Shown: positions 19,813 to 30,289, counted from the first letter of the stretch. The stretch is DNA of 64,000 nt from Candidatus Latescibacterota bacterium (GCA_965248755.1 OZ252149.1:4256001-4320000); one strand, 5' to 3'. Program-made: numbers and translations. The notes: generated by a model from the sequence alone, not told the origin.

Positions 19813-21456
19813 ATGAAGAAGATCACACCTTTCCATATATTAGCGATCGTTCTTACAGTATTCTTCTGCGCCGTAAGATACATTAGATGGCAGGAGCCTA
19901 TGGGACTTGACCAGGGTCTCTTTGCCTACTTCGGAAGACACATCCTCACCGGCAGTGTCCCCTACTTAGACATCTGGGACAGCAAACCTCCCGCTATATT
20001 CTATATATACTCCATCAGCTTTGCTCTACTGGGGGACTCCTTTTTCAGCGTCTTTCTTAGCGAAACCCTATTCTTGGCTCTCACGGCCCTCTTGATCTAT
20101 CTTCTGTGCGCAGAAGTTTTCGATAAGACAGTCGCCCTATTTGCCGCGGCCATCTACGTTCTCTTTTCCAACGCTTCTATATTCGACGGATTCTGGTCCA
20201 CAGCACAGGCTGAGGTCTTCATGAACTTGCCCATAGTCGCAAGCTTCTACATCCTCACCAAGAACTTAAGGAGATGGCACTTTTTCGCCTCTGGGGTTCT
20301 TCTCGGACTGTCAGCGATGTTCAAACTTACCGCCCTATTCCTGCTACCCTCTTTTATCCTGTATCTCTACCTATCCTGCAAAGAGAGATCCCCGATTGAA
20401 GCTACCGGGGATGGGATTCACAGGTACACATATTTCGGCATCGGACTTATCATCCCCCTGTCAATCTGCGCCTTCTACTTCTGGATGCAGGGAGCCCTGG
20501 ACGATATGATTTACACACTTGTCTCTTACAGCTACCGGTACTCGCAAGCCATAAACCAGGGACATCCTTTTCTCAAGACTTCCCTTGGACAGGTCATAAG
20601 GTTTGTCTATTTCAACCCCACAGTATCCATTTTATCCCTCGTCGGACTTATATATCTCCTTGTAAAAAGACGTTCTAAAGAAACGTATCTTTTAATATCC
20701 TATCTTGTGCTATCCTTTATTTCGGTCTGTGCGCAAAGACAGTTTGCAGGGTACCACTTCATCGTGCTCTCTCCTCCGCTTGCCGTTATCTGCGGCAGTG
20801 CATGCCCCGTTATATTCAACTGGATAGTCCAAGTCGTGCGACCACTCCGTAGTGCAAGGACGATCCTCCGCAAAAGATCCTCAAAGCCTCTGCTCAGGTC
20901 ATCGGCAGCTATTATGACAGTTGTATTATTAGCCTCCCTTCTTTACGCGGACATTTCCCGTTATTATCGGTACTACAAACCCGACATCGCCTATGCTCTT
21001 GGAAAGATCCCCGAAAGACAATATCTAAAGACCTTTGACAGGGGGGCAATATCCTTTCTGAATAACAACTCTGTAGCTGACTATATAAAAAATAGGACCG
21101 ATAGTGACGACTATGTCTTGGTATGGGGATTAGCTCCTGCTATATATTATCTGTCAGACAGAAAATCTCCCACAAAATACGTCTTCCACCACGTTCTGTT
21201 GACCGACGCTCCGCTGTCCCTCACTCTTGGCGGACTTGAAGAAAGGAGGAGGGAATTCATAGATAAAGTAAGTGAAAGCAAGCCCCGTTACATCGTCATA
21301 GGCATCAACGACAGGAACGGCTTTGAGCCGCAGGACTCCTACACTCAGCTTCTCAATTTCAAAGAGCTCAAGGACTATGTCTTTACAAACTACGATAGAG
21401 AGAAAAGAATCGGGAATTTCATCCTTATGAGGAGAAAAGACCAGAAAGTACTTTAA
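19813..21456 (+). CDS. GT-C (ArnT/PMT, GT39-like) membrane glycosyltransferase
   Basis: DQGLF..G..IL.G..PY.D.WDSKPP motif, many TM helices and a periplasmic C-domain. ATG 19813 preferred. Confidence 0.85.
   Translation: MKKITPFHILAIVLTVFFCAVRYIRWQEPMGLDQGLFAYFGRHILTGSVPYLDIWDSKPPAIFYIYSISFALLGDSFFSVFLSETLFLALTALLIYLLCAEVFDKTVALFAAAIYVLFSNASIFDGFWSTAQAEVFMNLPIVASFYILTKNLRRWHFFASGVLLGLSAMFKLTALFLLPSFILYLYLSCKERSPIEATGDGIHRYTYFGIGLIIPLSICAFYFWMQGALDDMIYTLVSYSYRYSQAINQGHPFLKTSLGQVIRFVYFNPTVSILSLVGLIYLLVKRRSKETYLLISYLVLSFISVCAQRQFAGYHFIVLSPPLAVICGSACPVIFNWIVQVVRPLRSARTILRKRSSKPLLRSSAAIMTVVLLASLLYADISRYYRYYKPDIAYALGKIPERQYLKTFDRGAISFLNNNSVADYIKNRTDSDDYVLVWGLAPAIYYLSDRKSPTKYVFHHVLLTDAPLSLTLGGLEERRREFIDKVSESKPRYIVIGINDRNGFEPQDSYTQLLNFKELKDYVFTNYDREKRIGNFILMRRKDQKVL
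20389..20411. repeat. 23-bp micro-palindrome copy inside a coding sequence
   Basis: TCCCCGATTGAAGCTACCGGGGA, encoding SPIEATGD in a loop between TM helices. Confidence 0.8.
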
Positions 21457-21600
21457 GTAACACCTAATTTTTCATATCAAAGAGGATTCTGGGTATTTAA
21501 TCCTTGCGCCATAAGATGAAAATCGCTATTTTCTGGTGTCGGTCTGCTGATATTAGGAATAATCGTTCAATGTCCACATCAAAAAAGGCGGCATTCGAAG

Positions 21601-22284
21601 ATGAAAAGAGAACTCATAATCTTGTTGGCAGGATGTGTGCTCATTCTTTACGGCTGCGGCGAAGATGGAGGTCCCACCTCCGGGACAAAGAGCGGACAGG
21701 TTCTATACCAGGAGGACTTCGATTCATACATCGAAGCAACTCTGCCCGATTCCTGGGTGTGGACCGGTGACCCAACAGGTGGAGGCGCTTTCACTGTTGA
21801 GGATAAAGTGTTCAAACATACCGTGGAAGGGGACGTGTACTACTTCTATCAACGGCAGACGTTCGGCAGCGGGACATATGAGTTCGACGTGGATAGCGAT
21901 GACACCTCGTGGATCTTTGCCTGGAGGATTACGTCTTCAGATCCTTCGGAAGGGCAGGCGCTGCATCTCCAGTATAATATTCCGGTCGGCAGCAACAACC
22001 TGATCTTCTCCCAGTCGGATTGGTCCACACTGGAGCAACATCCGCACGGTCAATTTATGTGGCACAACGCATCCTTCACGACCCTCGCGGAAGCTAAATT
22101 ACCCTTGTCCTCCGACGAACATCACATGAAAATCGAGGACAACGGAACAGGCGCTACCTTTCTCATTGACGATCAGATCGTATTGGGGGCCACACACGAG
22201 CTGGATTCTGAGGGATTTATCGGACTCGGGAGCCAAGATGCCTTAGGCATCGAATACGACAATATTTCGGTAAAGGCCCTCTGA
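21601..22284 (+). CDS. Lipoprotein, possible ConA/LamG-like beta-sandwich
   Basis: Lipobox LYGC, beta-rich sequence, and GFIGLG...EYDNISV C-terminus. Confidence 0.7.
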   Translation: MKRELIILLAGCVLILYGCGEDGGPTSGTKSGQVLYQEDFDSYIEATLPDSWVWTGDPTGGGAFTVEDKVFKHTVEGDVYYFYQRQTFGSGTYEFDVDSDDTSWIFAWRITSSDPSEGQALHLQYNIPVGSNNLIFSQSDWSTLEQHPHGQFMWHNASFTTLAEAKLPLSSDEHHMKIEDNGTGATFLIDDQIVLGATHELDSEGFIGLGSQDALGIEYDNISVKAL

Positions 22285-22377
22285 TTCTAAAGTGAATTCA
22301 GGCTGATCCTGCGTCTTGTTTCTCCCTATCGCCAGCAACCCACCGATAGGGAGTCTTTACATATCCAAGACATAAAG

Positions 22378-23877
22378 ATGAACTACACAAAGAACATCGG
22401 TCTTGAGATACATTGTCAACTCGACACGGAAAGCAAGCTGTTCTGCGAGTGTAGTGCCAGATATTTCCAGAAATACCAAAGGACAGGGACTTCCAAGATA
22501 AAACCAAATATGGAGATATGTCCTATCTGTCTCGGGTTTCCGGGGATACTCCCTGTTCCTAACTTTGAGGCGATAAGGCTCTGCGTTAAATTGTCTTTAG
22601 CCCTCAACTGCGTAATCTCAGAAGAAGTGATCTTCCACCGCAAGAGCTATACGTATCCAGATCTTCCAAAAAACTATCAGATCTCGCAGTTCAAAAACGC
22701 AATAGGCAGTAACGGATACATGGACCTGGACCTGAATGGAGAGAATAAGAAAGTAACAATAACCGAAGTCCATCTGGAAGAGGATCCCGGAAAGCTCGAA
22801 CATGAAAAAAGCGACACGGGGATAGACTTCAACAGATGCGGCATACCGCTTGCGGAAATCGTCACTGACTACAGAGATATAACCACGTTCAGGGAGGCCC
22901 AGGCGTTTGTTCTAAAGCTCAGAGATATAGTCAGAGACACAGAAGTATCCAACGGAGATATGGAGAAAGGATCCTTACGGGTGGACATAAATATCTCCGT
23001 CCTCCCCCAAGACGAAGGAAATTACGGCACCAAGACCGAGATCAAAAACCTGAACTCTATAAGAGCCGCAGGAGACGCTATTGACGCCGAATCTGAAAGA
23101 CAGAGAAATCTCCTTGAATCAGGGGATAGAGTCAGACCGGTCACTTTAAGATGGGATGGTCACGGATTAAGCCTCCTCAGAGTTAAAGAAGAGGTCTCAG
23201 ACTACAGATATTTTCCTGATCCTGACTTAGCCCCTATCAAATTAGACCTGGAACTTATAGAAGAGATAAAAAGCCAACTGCCGGAGGAAAGGGACGAGCT
23301 TTTCAGGCGACTTGTGGAAGAATATGCCTTGACGGAAGATCAGGCGGAAATCCTGATCTTCGAGAGGAGGCTTGCACGCTTCTTTGAACTTGGGGTCGCT
23401 GGGACAAAAGATGCGGAGCTTACTTATAACTTCCTTACATCCACGCTTCTTCCGAACCTTCAGAAGCGCAATTTGGAGCTTAAAGACGTTTCTTCTGAAA
23501 AGATAGCTCAATTCTTAAGGTACGTCAAAGATCACAACACTGATAAGACCCTTGTCCACCAGGCACTCAATCAGTCTATAGACCAAAAGACAGATCTTGT
23601 CGAGACTATAAAAGTAAAAGGCCTATCCTCCAAAAGAATAGGAACAGATGAGACCGAACGCATAGTGGATAAGACCATACAGAGTCTCAAGAAGGATGCC
23701 TCCGACGACAAGGGAAACGTAGTTGACAATGCCGTTGCGGAGTTTAAGGATATAGGGGAGTCCAAAGCCGTAAACGTTATAATAGGCGCCATAATGAGAG
23801 AATACGGCAGGAAGGTCGATCCCAAAGACGTAGGGAAATTGGTCAACCGGAAGATACAAGAGATGGTCGAAGCATAA
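22378..23877 (+). CDS. gatB: Asp/Glu-tRNA(Asn/Gln) amidotransferase subunit B
   Basis: IGLEIHCQL, YPDLPKNYQISQ, HLEEDPGK, DFNRCGIPLAEIVT and DYRYFPDPDL motifs. Confidence 0.95.
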   Translation: MNYTKNIGLEIHCQLDTESKLFCECSARYFQKYQRTGTSKIKPNMEICPICLGFPGILPVPNFEAIRLCVKLSLALNCVISEEVIFHRKSYTYPDLPKNYQISQFKNAIGSNGYMDLDLNGENKKVTITEVHLEEDPGKLEHEKSDTGIDFNRCGIPLAEIVTDYRDITTFREAQAFVLKLRDIVRDTEVSNGDMEKGSLRVDINISVLPQDEGNYGTKTEIKNLNSIRAAGDAIDAESERQRNLLESGDRVRPVTLRWDGHGLSLLRVKEEVSDYRYFPDPDLAPIKLDLELIEEIKSQLPEERDELFRRLVEEYALTEDQAEILIFERRLARFFELGVAGTKDAELTYNFLTSTLLPNLQKRNLELKDVSSEKIAQFLRYVKDHNTDKTLVHQALNQSIDQKTDLVETIKVKGLSSKRIGTDETERIVDKTIQSLKKDASDDKGNVVDNAVAEFKDIGESKAVNVIIGAIMREYGRKVDPKDVGKLVNRKIQEMVEA

Positions 23878-23883
23878 GGATTA

Positions 23884-24843
23884 TTATGTTCGCTGGTCAG
23901 CCGTGTAGACATCTACTGTCTCCACAGGGCGGAATTTTCTCTTAAACTGTCTTAAGCCAGCACTTCCCAAATCGCTCGCATCGTTTACAAGCTCGAACTT
24001 TCTCATTTCACTAAAGAAACAATATCTCGTATATTCTGATAGTCCTTTTATGTCCAGATCACCTTTGGAGACGAAGAAATTAGCCATCTCCTCCCACATC
24101 CTTCCCCCCATCCAGAATCCCCTTATCTTCCCATCTATCTCGGCAACCCACCCGGAAAGATCTGGAACTTTTGCATAATACTCTAAAGCGGATCTCGTAT
24201 AAGCCCAGTCCAAGAGCCTCAGTGAACGTCCCTCTCTCCCATGTCTTTTAGCCTTTCTCCATGCACGCATAATTTCCATGCACCCGTCCACATCTTCTTT
24301 CCCCATCTTTCTACATAGGACTTTATAATCCTTTTCAGTCCGACGTATTCTCTTCCTCAGGTCACTGTAAGCGCTCCCTTCCATCTGCACAATCTTCTTT
24401 GGGTCATATATATACTCCGCCTCCTTCCACCTGAGATAGCAGACGCCCATCTTATCCATCGCCACTTTGTCACACCTGTCCACCCACAAGATTCTCCCCT
24501 CTTTATCTTCGTTAAAAGAGTTCATCAACTCTGTGCACTGCACAAGAGCACTATCTGAAAAGGGCAGGGGAGGGAAAAACATATTCATCCTGACGCCCTC
24601 AGGTCTGTGATTTACCACAAAGACACAGAGACACCCACTTATCTTCATCCAGAATATGTCTCTTGAGGGGGAGGCCCCGTAGCAGAAGATAAACGGAAAG
24701 TAGTAACACCAGGTCTTCTTTCGATTCTCGCTAAATGTCTCTCTGAACAGATCCGCATCCTCAAGCGTCAGGCGCTTTAAGTGTGTCTCAAAGAGGGCTA
24801 TTTTACTATCTGCAGTAAGAAGGGCACTATCCGCGCTCTGCAT
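23884..24843 (-). CDS. DUF2156 / lysyl-phosphatidylglycerol synthase C-terminal-like (tandem GNAT) protein without membrane domain
   Basis: EYIYD...MEGSAYSDLRKRI, SKGDLDIKGL and VNDASDLGSAGLRQFKRKFRP motifs. Confidence 0.8.
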   Translation of the reverse strand: MQSADSALLTADSKIALFETHLKRLTLEDADLFRETFSENRKKTWCYYFPFIFCYGASPSRDIFWMKISGCLCVFVVNHRPEGVRMNMFFPPLPFSDSALVQCTELMNSFNEDKEGRILWVDRCDKVAMDKMGVCYLRWKEAEYIYDPKKIVQMEGSAYSDLRKRIRRTEKDYKVLCRKMGKEDVDGCMEIMRAWRKAKRHGREGRSLRLLDWAYTRSALEYYAKVPDLSGWVAEIDGKIRGFWMGGRMWEEMANFFVSKGDLDIKGLSEYTRYCFFSEMRKFELVNDASDLGSAGLRQFKRKFRPVETVDVYTADQRT

Positions 24844-25216
24844 CGAACAACCTCGTCCTTGAAGGCTTCAGCACCTTCTTCAGATGATCTACAATTACCG
24901 AACTGTCCATCCCACCTGGTGGCTTGCTGCCGCCCCTGAAAGAATCATTCGGGGACTGTTCGTCCCTCCCGTCACAGGTCAGAATATCCACAGCCATAAA
25001 TCCCTCCTCAGCCCAGGTGTGGACGCTCACGTGCGACTCGGAGATCATGACAAATCCGCTGAATCCGTAAGGCTCGAACTGATGAAAGTGATGGTGCACG
25101 ATCCTGGCACCTGAAAGCTTCACAGCCTCTATCAATACGCTCTTGACAGGCTCTACCTGCTTCAAGAGGTCTATGTTATCAAACCACATATCCAAAAGGA
25201 TGTGGCTCCTTGTCAT
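24827..25216 (-). CDS. speD: S-adenosylmethionine decarboxylase proenzyme with a 19-aa insertion
   Basis: HQFEPYGFSGFVMISESHVSVHTWAE..AVDILTC; the pyruvoyl cleavage site ES is intact. Confidence 0.93.
   Translation of the reverse strand: MTRSHILLDMWFDNIDLLKQVEPVKSVLIEAVKLSGARIVHHHFHQFEPYGFSGFVMISESHVSVHTWAEEGFMAVDILTCDGRDEQSPNDSFRGGSKPPGGMDSSVIVDHLKKVLKPSRTRLFDAERG
24933..24955. repeat. 23-bp micro-palindrome copy inside speD
   Basis: Reverse complement is TCCCCGAATGATTCTTTCAGGGG. Confidence 0.75.
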
Positions 25217-26256
25217 CTTTTCCTTTTCTCCCTCTTTTTCACCTGTAATGTGTACAGTTGTCCTTCATAGACGCTCCTTACAGAAGAGCGAGCTGAAGGC
25301 GTAGTCAGGGCGTGGATCAACTGACTCGATCCCGCCAGAATCTGAGACCCTTCATATCTATTGAACCCGGGAATAATCTCTCTTATAAGTAGACCCATAG
25401 AAATAGCGCTCTTGTGTATCCTTATCATCTCGTTCCACCCTTTATGAGCAAATGAAATGAACATCTGCTGTCCTTGATCATCTTTTAGTCCCTCAAGTCC
25501 TCGCGATACGAAAAGCTCAAACCCTTCCAGGGTATAAGGGGGATCTGTCGCAAGGACATTGAAACTGTTTTGGAATCTTTTGGGAAGAGGCGTCCTCAAG
25601 TCGTGCTGCACAGCCTCGATCATCAGATCCTCTTTTTTTGAAGTGTGCGATATATAATCTACTATCCTTCCATCTACTTCCAGGACGCATATACTCCCCT
25701 TCATATTCTCACTTTTGCAATATAGCTCCCTTTTCAAGAGTCCCAGAGCCAAAGACGCCAGATCGTCATCTCCCAGGATCAGAACATCCCTGCCCTCTAC
25801 AGCATCGTTTTCATACATATACAGAGCCCTGTTCAAGGCCGTCTGTGGAGTATCGTGTGACTGATCCAGGGACCTGTCCACAGATGGCCTTTCCCTGCAA
25901 TAGTGAGTCAGGGTTTCCAACAGCGGCTCTAATTCAGAAGACGCCAGGATTCCTCTCGCTTGGCAATGTGGGCAGTTAAAACGCTCTCTGCTCCATATCC
26001 CCATATCCTCCTTCAAAATATCATTTCCCACCTCCGAAAGACATAATCCGCTTTTTCTAACTAATATGCCCCTCTTTTCTAATTCTCTCCTCACAGCCGA
26101 CACCACGGGCAAAGGGAGGTGGACCGACTGAGAGAGTTCCCAAAGACTTACGTTTCCCCTCCTGTAGACCTCCCTTAGAATGCGCCTTATAGCCTCAGGC
26201 CCTTCGTATATTTGTGTTGCTGCTGAAACCTCCGAAAGGAGATCGTCGCCTGTCAC
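25213..26256 (-). CDS. bpsA: BpsA-like branched-chain polyamine synthase (N4-bis(aminopropyl)spermidine synthase)
   Basis: N-terminal winged helix, CPHCQARG, RP...LDQ, LILGDDDLASLA, DPPYT and FVSRGL motifs. Coupled to speD by an ATGA overlap. Confidence 0.85.
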   Translation of the reverse strand: MTGDDLLSEVSAATQIYEGPEAIRRILREVYRRGNVSLWELSQSVHLPLPVVSAVRRELEKRGILVRKSGLCLSEVGNDILKEDMGIWSRERFNCPHCQARGILASSELEPLLETLTHYCRERPSVDRSLDQSHDTPQTALNRALYMYENDAVEGRDVLILGDDDLASLALGLLKRELYCKSENMKGSICVLEVDGRIVDYISHTSKKEDLMIEAVQHDLRTPLPKRFQNSFNVLATDPPYTLEGFELFVSRGLEGLKDDQGQQMFISFAHKGWNEMIRIHKSAISMGLLIREIIPGFNRYEGSQILAGSSQLIHALTTPSARSSVRSVYEGQLYTLQVKKREKRKR

Positions 26257-26369
26257 TATTTTCTCACTTTCTTGCTTACGGCTATCCTTAATCTACGACT
26301 TTCAAATAAGCCTATTTTATCAAAGTCAGCTTCCTCGTCTGCACAAATTCATCCGCCTCTAACTGTAAA

Positions 26370-28935
26370 CTATCCTGTCGTGCCGAAGTTATCCAGAAAG
26401 ATCACAAAGTCAGATAGACCTACTTCTCCATCGCTGTCCAAGTCATACGCAGAATCCCAATCGACTGAACTGGTAGTTGTTCCGAACACATCTAGAAAAC
26501 GGACAAAATCGGAGAGACCTACTTCATTATCCCCGTCGAAATCTCCTACAAGGTCAGGGACGACAGTAAAGTCAGAGATATTCAACAACACTGACACACT
26601 GTCGCTCCATCTATTAGTCACAACAAGGTCATTATTTCCATCTCCATCCAAATCCGCACTAAAAACTGACACGGGACCATTCCCAACACTATAGGCCGCA
26701 TTAATTTCAAATGTCCCATTTCCATCATTCAACAACACTGACACATTATCACTGTTCTCATTAGCTACAGCCAAGTCATTATCCCCATCCCCGTCTAAAT
26801 CCACACTGAAAATTGATATAGGACTGTCCCCAACAGCATAGTTCATCTTAGGAGCAAATGTTCCATTTCCATTATTCAACAACACTGATACACTATCGCT
26901 GCCAATATTAGCTGTTGCTAAGTCATTATCTCCATCTCCATCTAAATCTGTACTGAATACTGATGCGGGTTCATTTCCAGCGTCATAGTCTGCCCTAAAT
27001 GGAAATGCTCCATCTCCACTATTCAACAACACCGATACATTTTCGCTAATAAGATTAGCCACAACTAATTCATTATCCCCATCCCCATCTAAATCCACAC
27101 TGAAAATTGATATAGGACCCTCCCCAACAGCATAGTCCACCTTAGGTGCAAATGTGCCATTCCCATTATTCAACAACACTGATACATTATCGCTGTTCCA
27201 ATTAGCCACAGCCAAGTCATCATCCCCATCTCCATCTAAATCTGTAATGAATACTGACTCGGGACTACCCCCAACTGCATAGTCAGTCCTGGGTCCGAAA
27301 AGGACATCGACAAAAGCAAATCCGTCAGAGAGTGTGTCTGTCAGACCATTGGGATTTGTAACTATTACGTCTACAGTGCTAATAGGATGAGCGGGAATCA
27401 CAGCGGTGATCGTACTGGAGGATACTATGACTACGTCTGTGGCTGCTCTATCTCCGAAAGTAACAGTTGCTCCACTTTGGAAATCGCGGCCTTTTATCGT
27501 CACAGATGTACCACCCAATTTCGTGCCGAAAATAGGATCAATAGATGTCACAATAGGGGGAACCCCAATAAAAGCAAATCCATTAGACAGTGTGCCAGCC
27601 TGACCGTCGGGATTTGTGACTGTCACATCCACAATGCCAACGGGATGAGCGGGAGTTGTTGCGGTAATGGTACCCCAAAGTCCTACAGCTACATTTGTGG
27701 CATCGCTCTCGCCGAAAATAACAGTCGCTCCACTTTGGAAATTGCTCCCTGTTATCGTCACAGACGTACCCTCTAATTCCAGGCCAGAAGTGGGATTGAT
27801 AGAGGTTACAGCCAGAGAAGGTATCACATCGGAGAGATTCAACAACACTGATACATTATCGCTACCCAAATTAGCCACAGCCAAGTCGTTATCACCATCT
27901 CCATCTAAATCCACACTGAATACTGATTCGGGACGACTCCCAGCGGCATAGTCTACCTTAGGTGCAAATGGTCCCATTCCCATTATTCAATAACACTGAT
28001 ACATTATCGCTGAGGAAATTAGCCACAGCTAAGTCGTTATCTTCATCACCATCTAAATCTGCAATGAATACTGAATAGGCATGATCCCCAGCGGGATAGT
28101 CCACCTTAGTTACAAATGTCCCATTCCCATTATTCAATAACACTGATACAGTACCGTCGAATACAGAATTAGCCACAGCCAAGTCATTATCCCCATCTCC
28201 ATCTAAATCTGCAATGAATACTGAAGAGGGACCAAGCCCGGCGTTATAGTCTGTCTTAGGTGCAAATGTCCCATCTCCTTTGTTCAACAACACTGATACA
28301 TTATAGCTGTTCCTGTTAGCCACAGCCATGTCATTATCCCCGTCTCCATCTAAATCTGCGATGAAAACTGAAACGGGATTATCCCCAACAATCAAGTCTA
28401 CCTTAGGTACAAATGTTCCGTTCCCATTGTTCAATAATACTGAAACGCTATCGCTCCCTGCATTAGCCACAGCGAGGTCATTATCTCCATCCCCATCTAA
28501 ATCTGCAATGAATACTGAACGGGGGAAAACCCCAGTGCCATAATCCACCTTATGCCCAAATGTTCCATCCCCATTATTTAACAACACTGATACAGTACCT
28601 GGGGGGATGTTATTAGCCACAGCTAAGTCATTATCCCCATCTCCATCTAAATCCGCACTGAATACTGAACGGGGATATTCCGTAACACCATAGTCCACCT
28701 TAGGTGCAAATGTACCATCGCCATTATTCAACAACACTGATACAGTACCTGGGGAGATGCTATTAGCCACAGCTAAGTCATTATCCCCATCTCCATCTAA
28801 ATCCGCACTGAATACTGAACGGGGTTTATCCCCAGTGGCATAGGAAGTCGGAGGCCCCAAAAGGGCTTGTGCATAGACAGGCGCATACAAAGCGACTAAC
28901 AGGATCAAAGCAGTATATAAGATTGCACACCTCAT
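26370..28935 (-). pseudogene. Second FG-GAP/IPT/dockerin-like surface protein with a +1 frameshift near 27972
   Basis: GGGACCATTTGCACC versus the repeat consensus GGGACATTTGCACC. Joining the two ORFs gives 7 FG-GAP, 2 IPT, 5 FG-GAP and an EF-hand tail. Could be a sequencing error. Confidence 0.85.
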
Positions 28936-28966
28936 TTTATTATCTCTTAACGGAAAGATCCGAGAG

Positions 28967-30289
28967 TTAAGCGACTCGCTTTAAGACTCGTTCGAAAGCG
29001 CTGATAGCCTCGTCTATATTTTCTCTACCGGTCGGGATGGAGATACTGTGCATTGTCAGACCGGGATTTGTGTGAACGCCCTCCTCAAGGAGTCCGAGAT
29101 ATAGCCTGTATGACAGCGCTCTATCACTCGCAGCGCCGGCGCGATAGTTGAGGATCTCCTGATTAGTGAAATAGATGCCGAATAGCGGCCCGATACCGAT
29201 CACACAAGTTGCAATGCCGACCCGGTCTGCGGCTTCTTTTAATCCTCTTCGGATTCGGTCGCCCAGTGTTTTAAGGTGAACGTACATCTCATCTGTCAGG
29301 AGCCGCAGAGTGGCAAGGCCCGCGGTGGTCGACATGGGGTTGCCCGCAAATGTGCCGCTTTGAAAGAAACCCTTACCGGTCCTTGCGTCCAGAACGTCCA
29401 TAAGTTCAGCTCGTCCGCCGAGCGCGCCGCCGGGGAATCCGCCCGCGATAATCTTTCCAAAGAGTGTAAGGTCAGGTTCAAAACCGTAGAGTTCCTGGAC
29501 ACCTCCGGGGGCAACAGAGAAGCTGACGACTTCGTCAAGGATAAGGTAGAGGTCGTACTTGTGAGTGATGTTCCGAACAAAGCGCGAAAATTCAGGACCT
29601 ACTGACATAACGCCTGCCCGGACATCAAAAAGTACGCCCGCCAATTCATCCCGGTGTTCCGCCAATATGCGATCTACAGATTCAGGGTCATTCAGCGGCA
29701 GGACAACAGTATCCTCAGCCACGTGGCACGACACTCCTTTGACTGTCACGACAGGTTCAGGTGAATCGGCCGGACCTGCCATATCGGTCGGCGGAGCTAC
29801 GCTGACCTCAACAGCGTCGTGGCTGCCATGAAAGGCCCCCTCAAATTTCGCGATTTTCTCCTTTCCGGTCAGGCCGCGCACCAACCTTACTGCGTTGAGG
29901 CTTGCTTCTGTGCCTGAGTTAGTAAACCGGACCCGCTCGACGGATGGGACCCGCCGACATATCTCCTCGGCAAGTTCAGCCTCTACACCGACTTGGCGGC
30001 CAAGGGCAAAGCCCCTGCCAATCTGGCTTTGCACAGCTTCAACGACATTCGGATGGCGATAGCCCGCTATAGCCGCCGTATGGTGATTAGCTACATCCAA
30101 GTAACGATGGCCGTCAACGTCATAAAGGTAACATCCCTCGCCACGCTCCATATAGAGCGGAAAGGGGAAGGTATCATAAGCCCCTTTGGCGACGCCTCCC
30201 GGCATAGAGGACAGACCTTTTTCGTAAAGGGCCAAAGACCTGGGGTTGTTCTTGAGATATCGAGATTCCAGGGTTTCGATAGATTCCAC
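28967..30289 (-). CDS. Class III PLP aminotransferase, glutamate-1-semialdehyde aminomutase-like
   Basis: FTNSGTEA, KFEGAFHG, LILDEV, FGKIIAGGFP and GTFAGNP motifs. Confidence 0.88.
   Translation of the reverse strand: MESIETLESRYLKNNPRSLALYEKGLSSMPGGVAKGAYDTFPFPLYMERGEGCYLYDVDGHRYLDVANHHTAAIAGYRHPNVVEAVQSQIGRGFALGRQVGVEAELAEEICRRVPSVERVRFTNSGTEASLNAVRLVRGLTGKEKIAKFEGAFHGSHDAVEVSVAPPTDMAGPADSPEPVVTVKGVSCHVAEDTVVLPLNDPESVDRILAEHRDELAGVLFDVRAGVMSVGPEFSRFVRNITHKYDLYLILDEVVSFSVAPGGVQELYGFEPDLTLFGKIIAGGFPGGALGGRAELMDVLDARTGKGFFQSGTFAGNPMSTTAGLATLRLLTDEMYVHLKTLGDRIRRGLKEAADRVGIATCVIGIGPLFGIYFTNQEILNYRAGAASDRALSYRLYLGLLEEGVHTNPGLTMHSISIPTGRENIDEAISAFERVLKRVA

Noticed and set aside
22322..22353. Hairpin CTCCCTATCG...CGATAGGGAG as another micro-palindrome copy or riboswitch
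   Set aside because: Loop length and sequence do not fit the 23-bp consensus and no riboswitch motif is recognisable; most likely a terminator-like stem.
24905..24970. SpeD insert as an intein or intron
   Set aside because: Only 19 codons long, with no Cys/Ser...His-Asn splicing motifs or group I/II intron features.
28967..30289. Assignment as hemL
   Set aside because: The family is clear, but canonical HemL motifs are diverged and there is no tetrapyrrole gene context.
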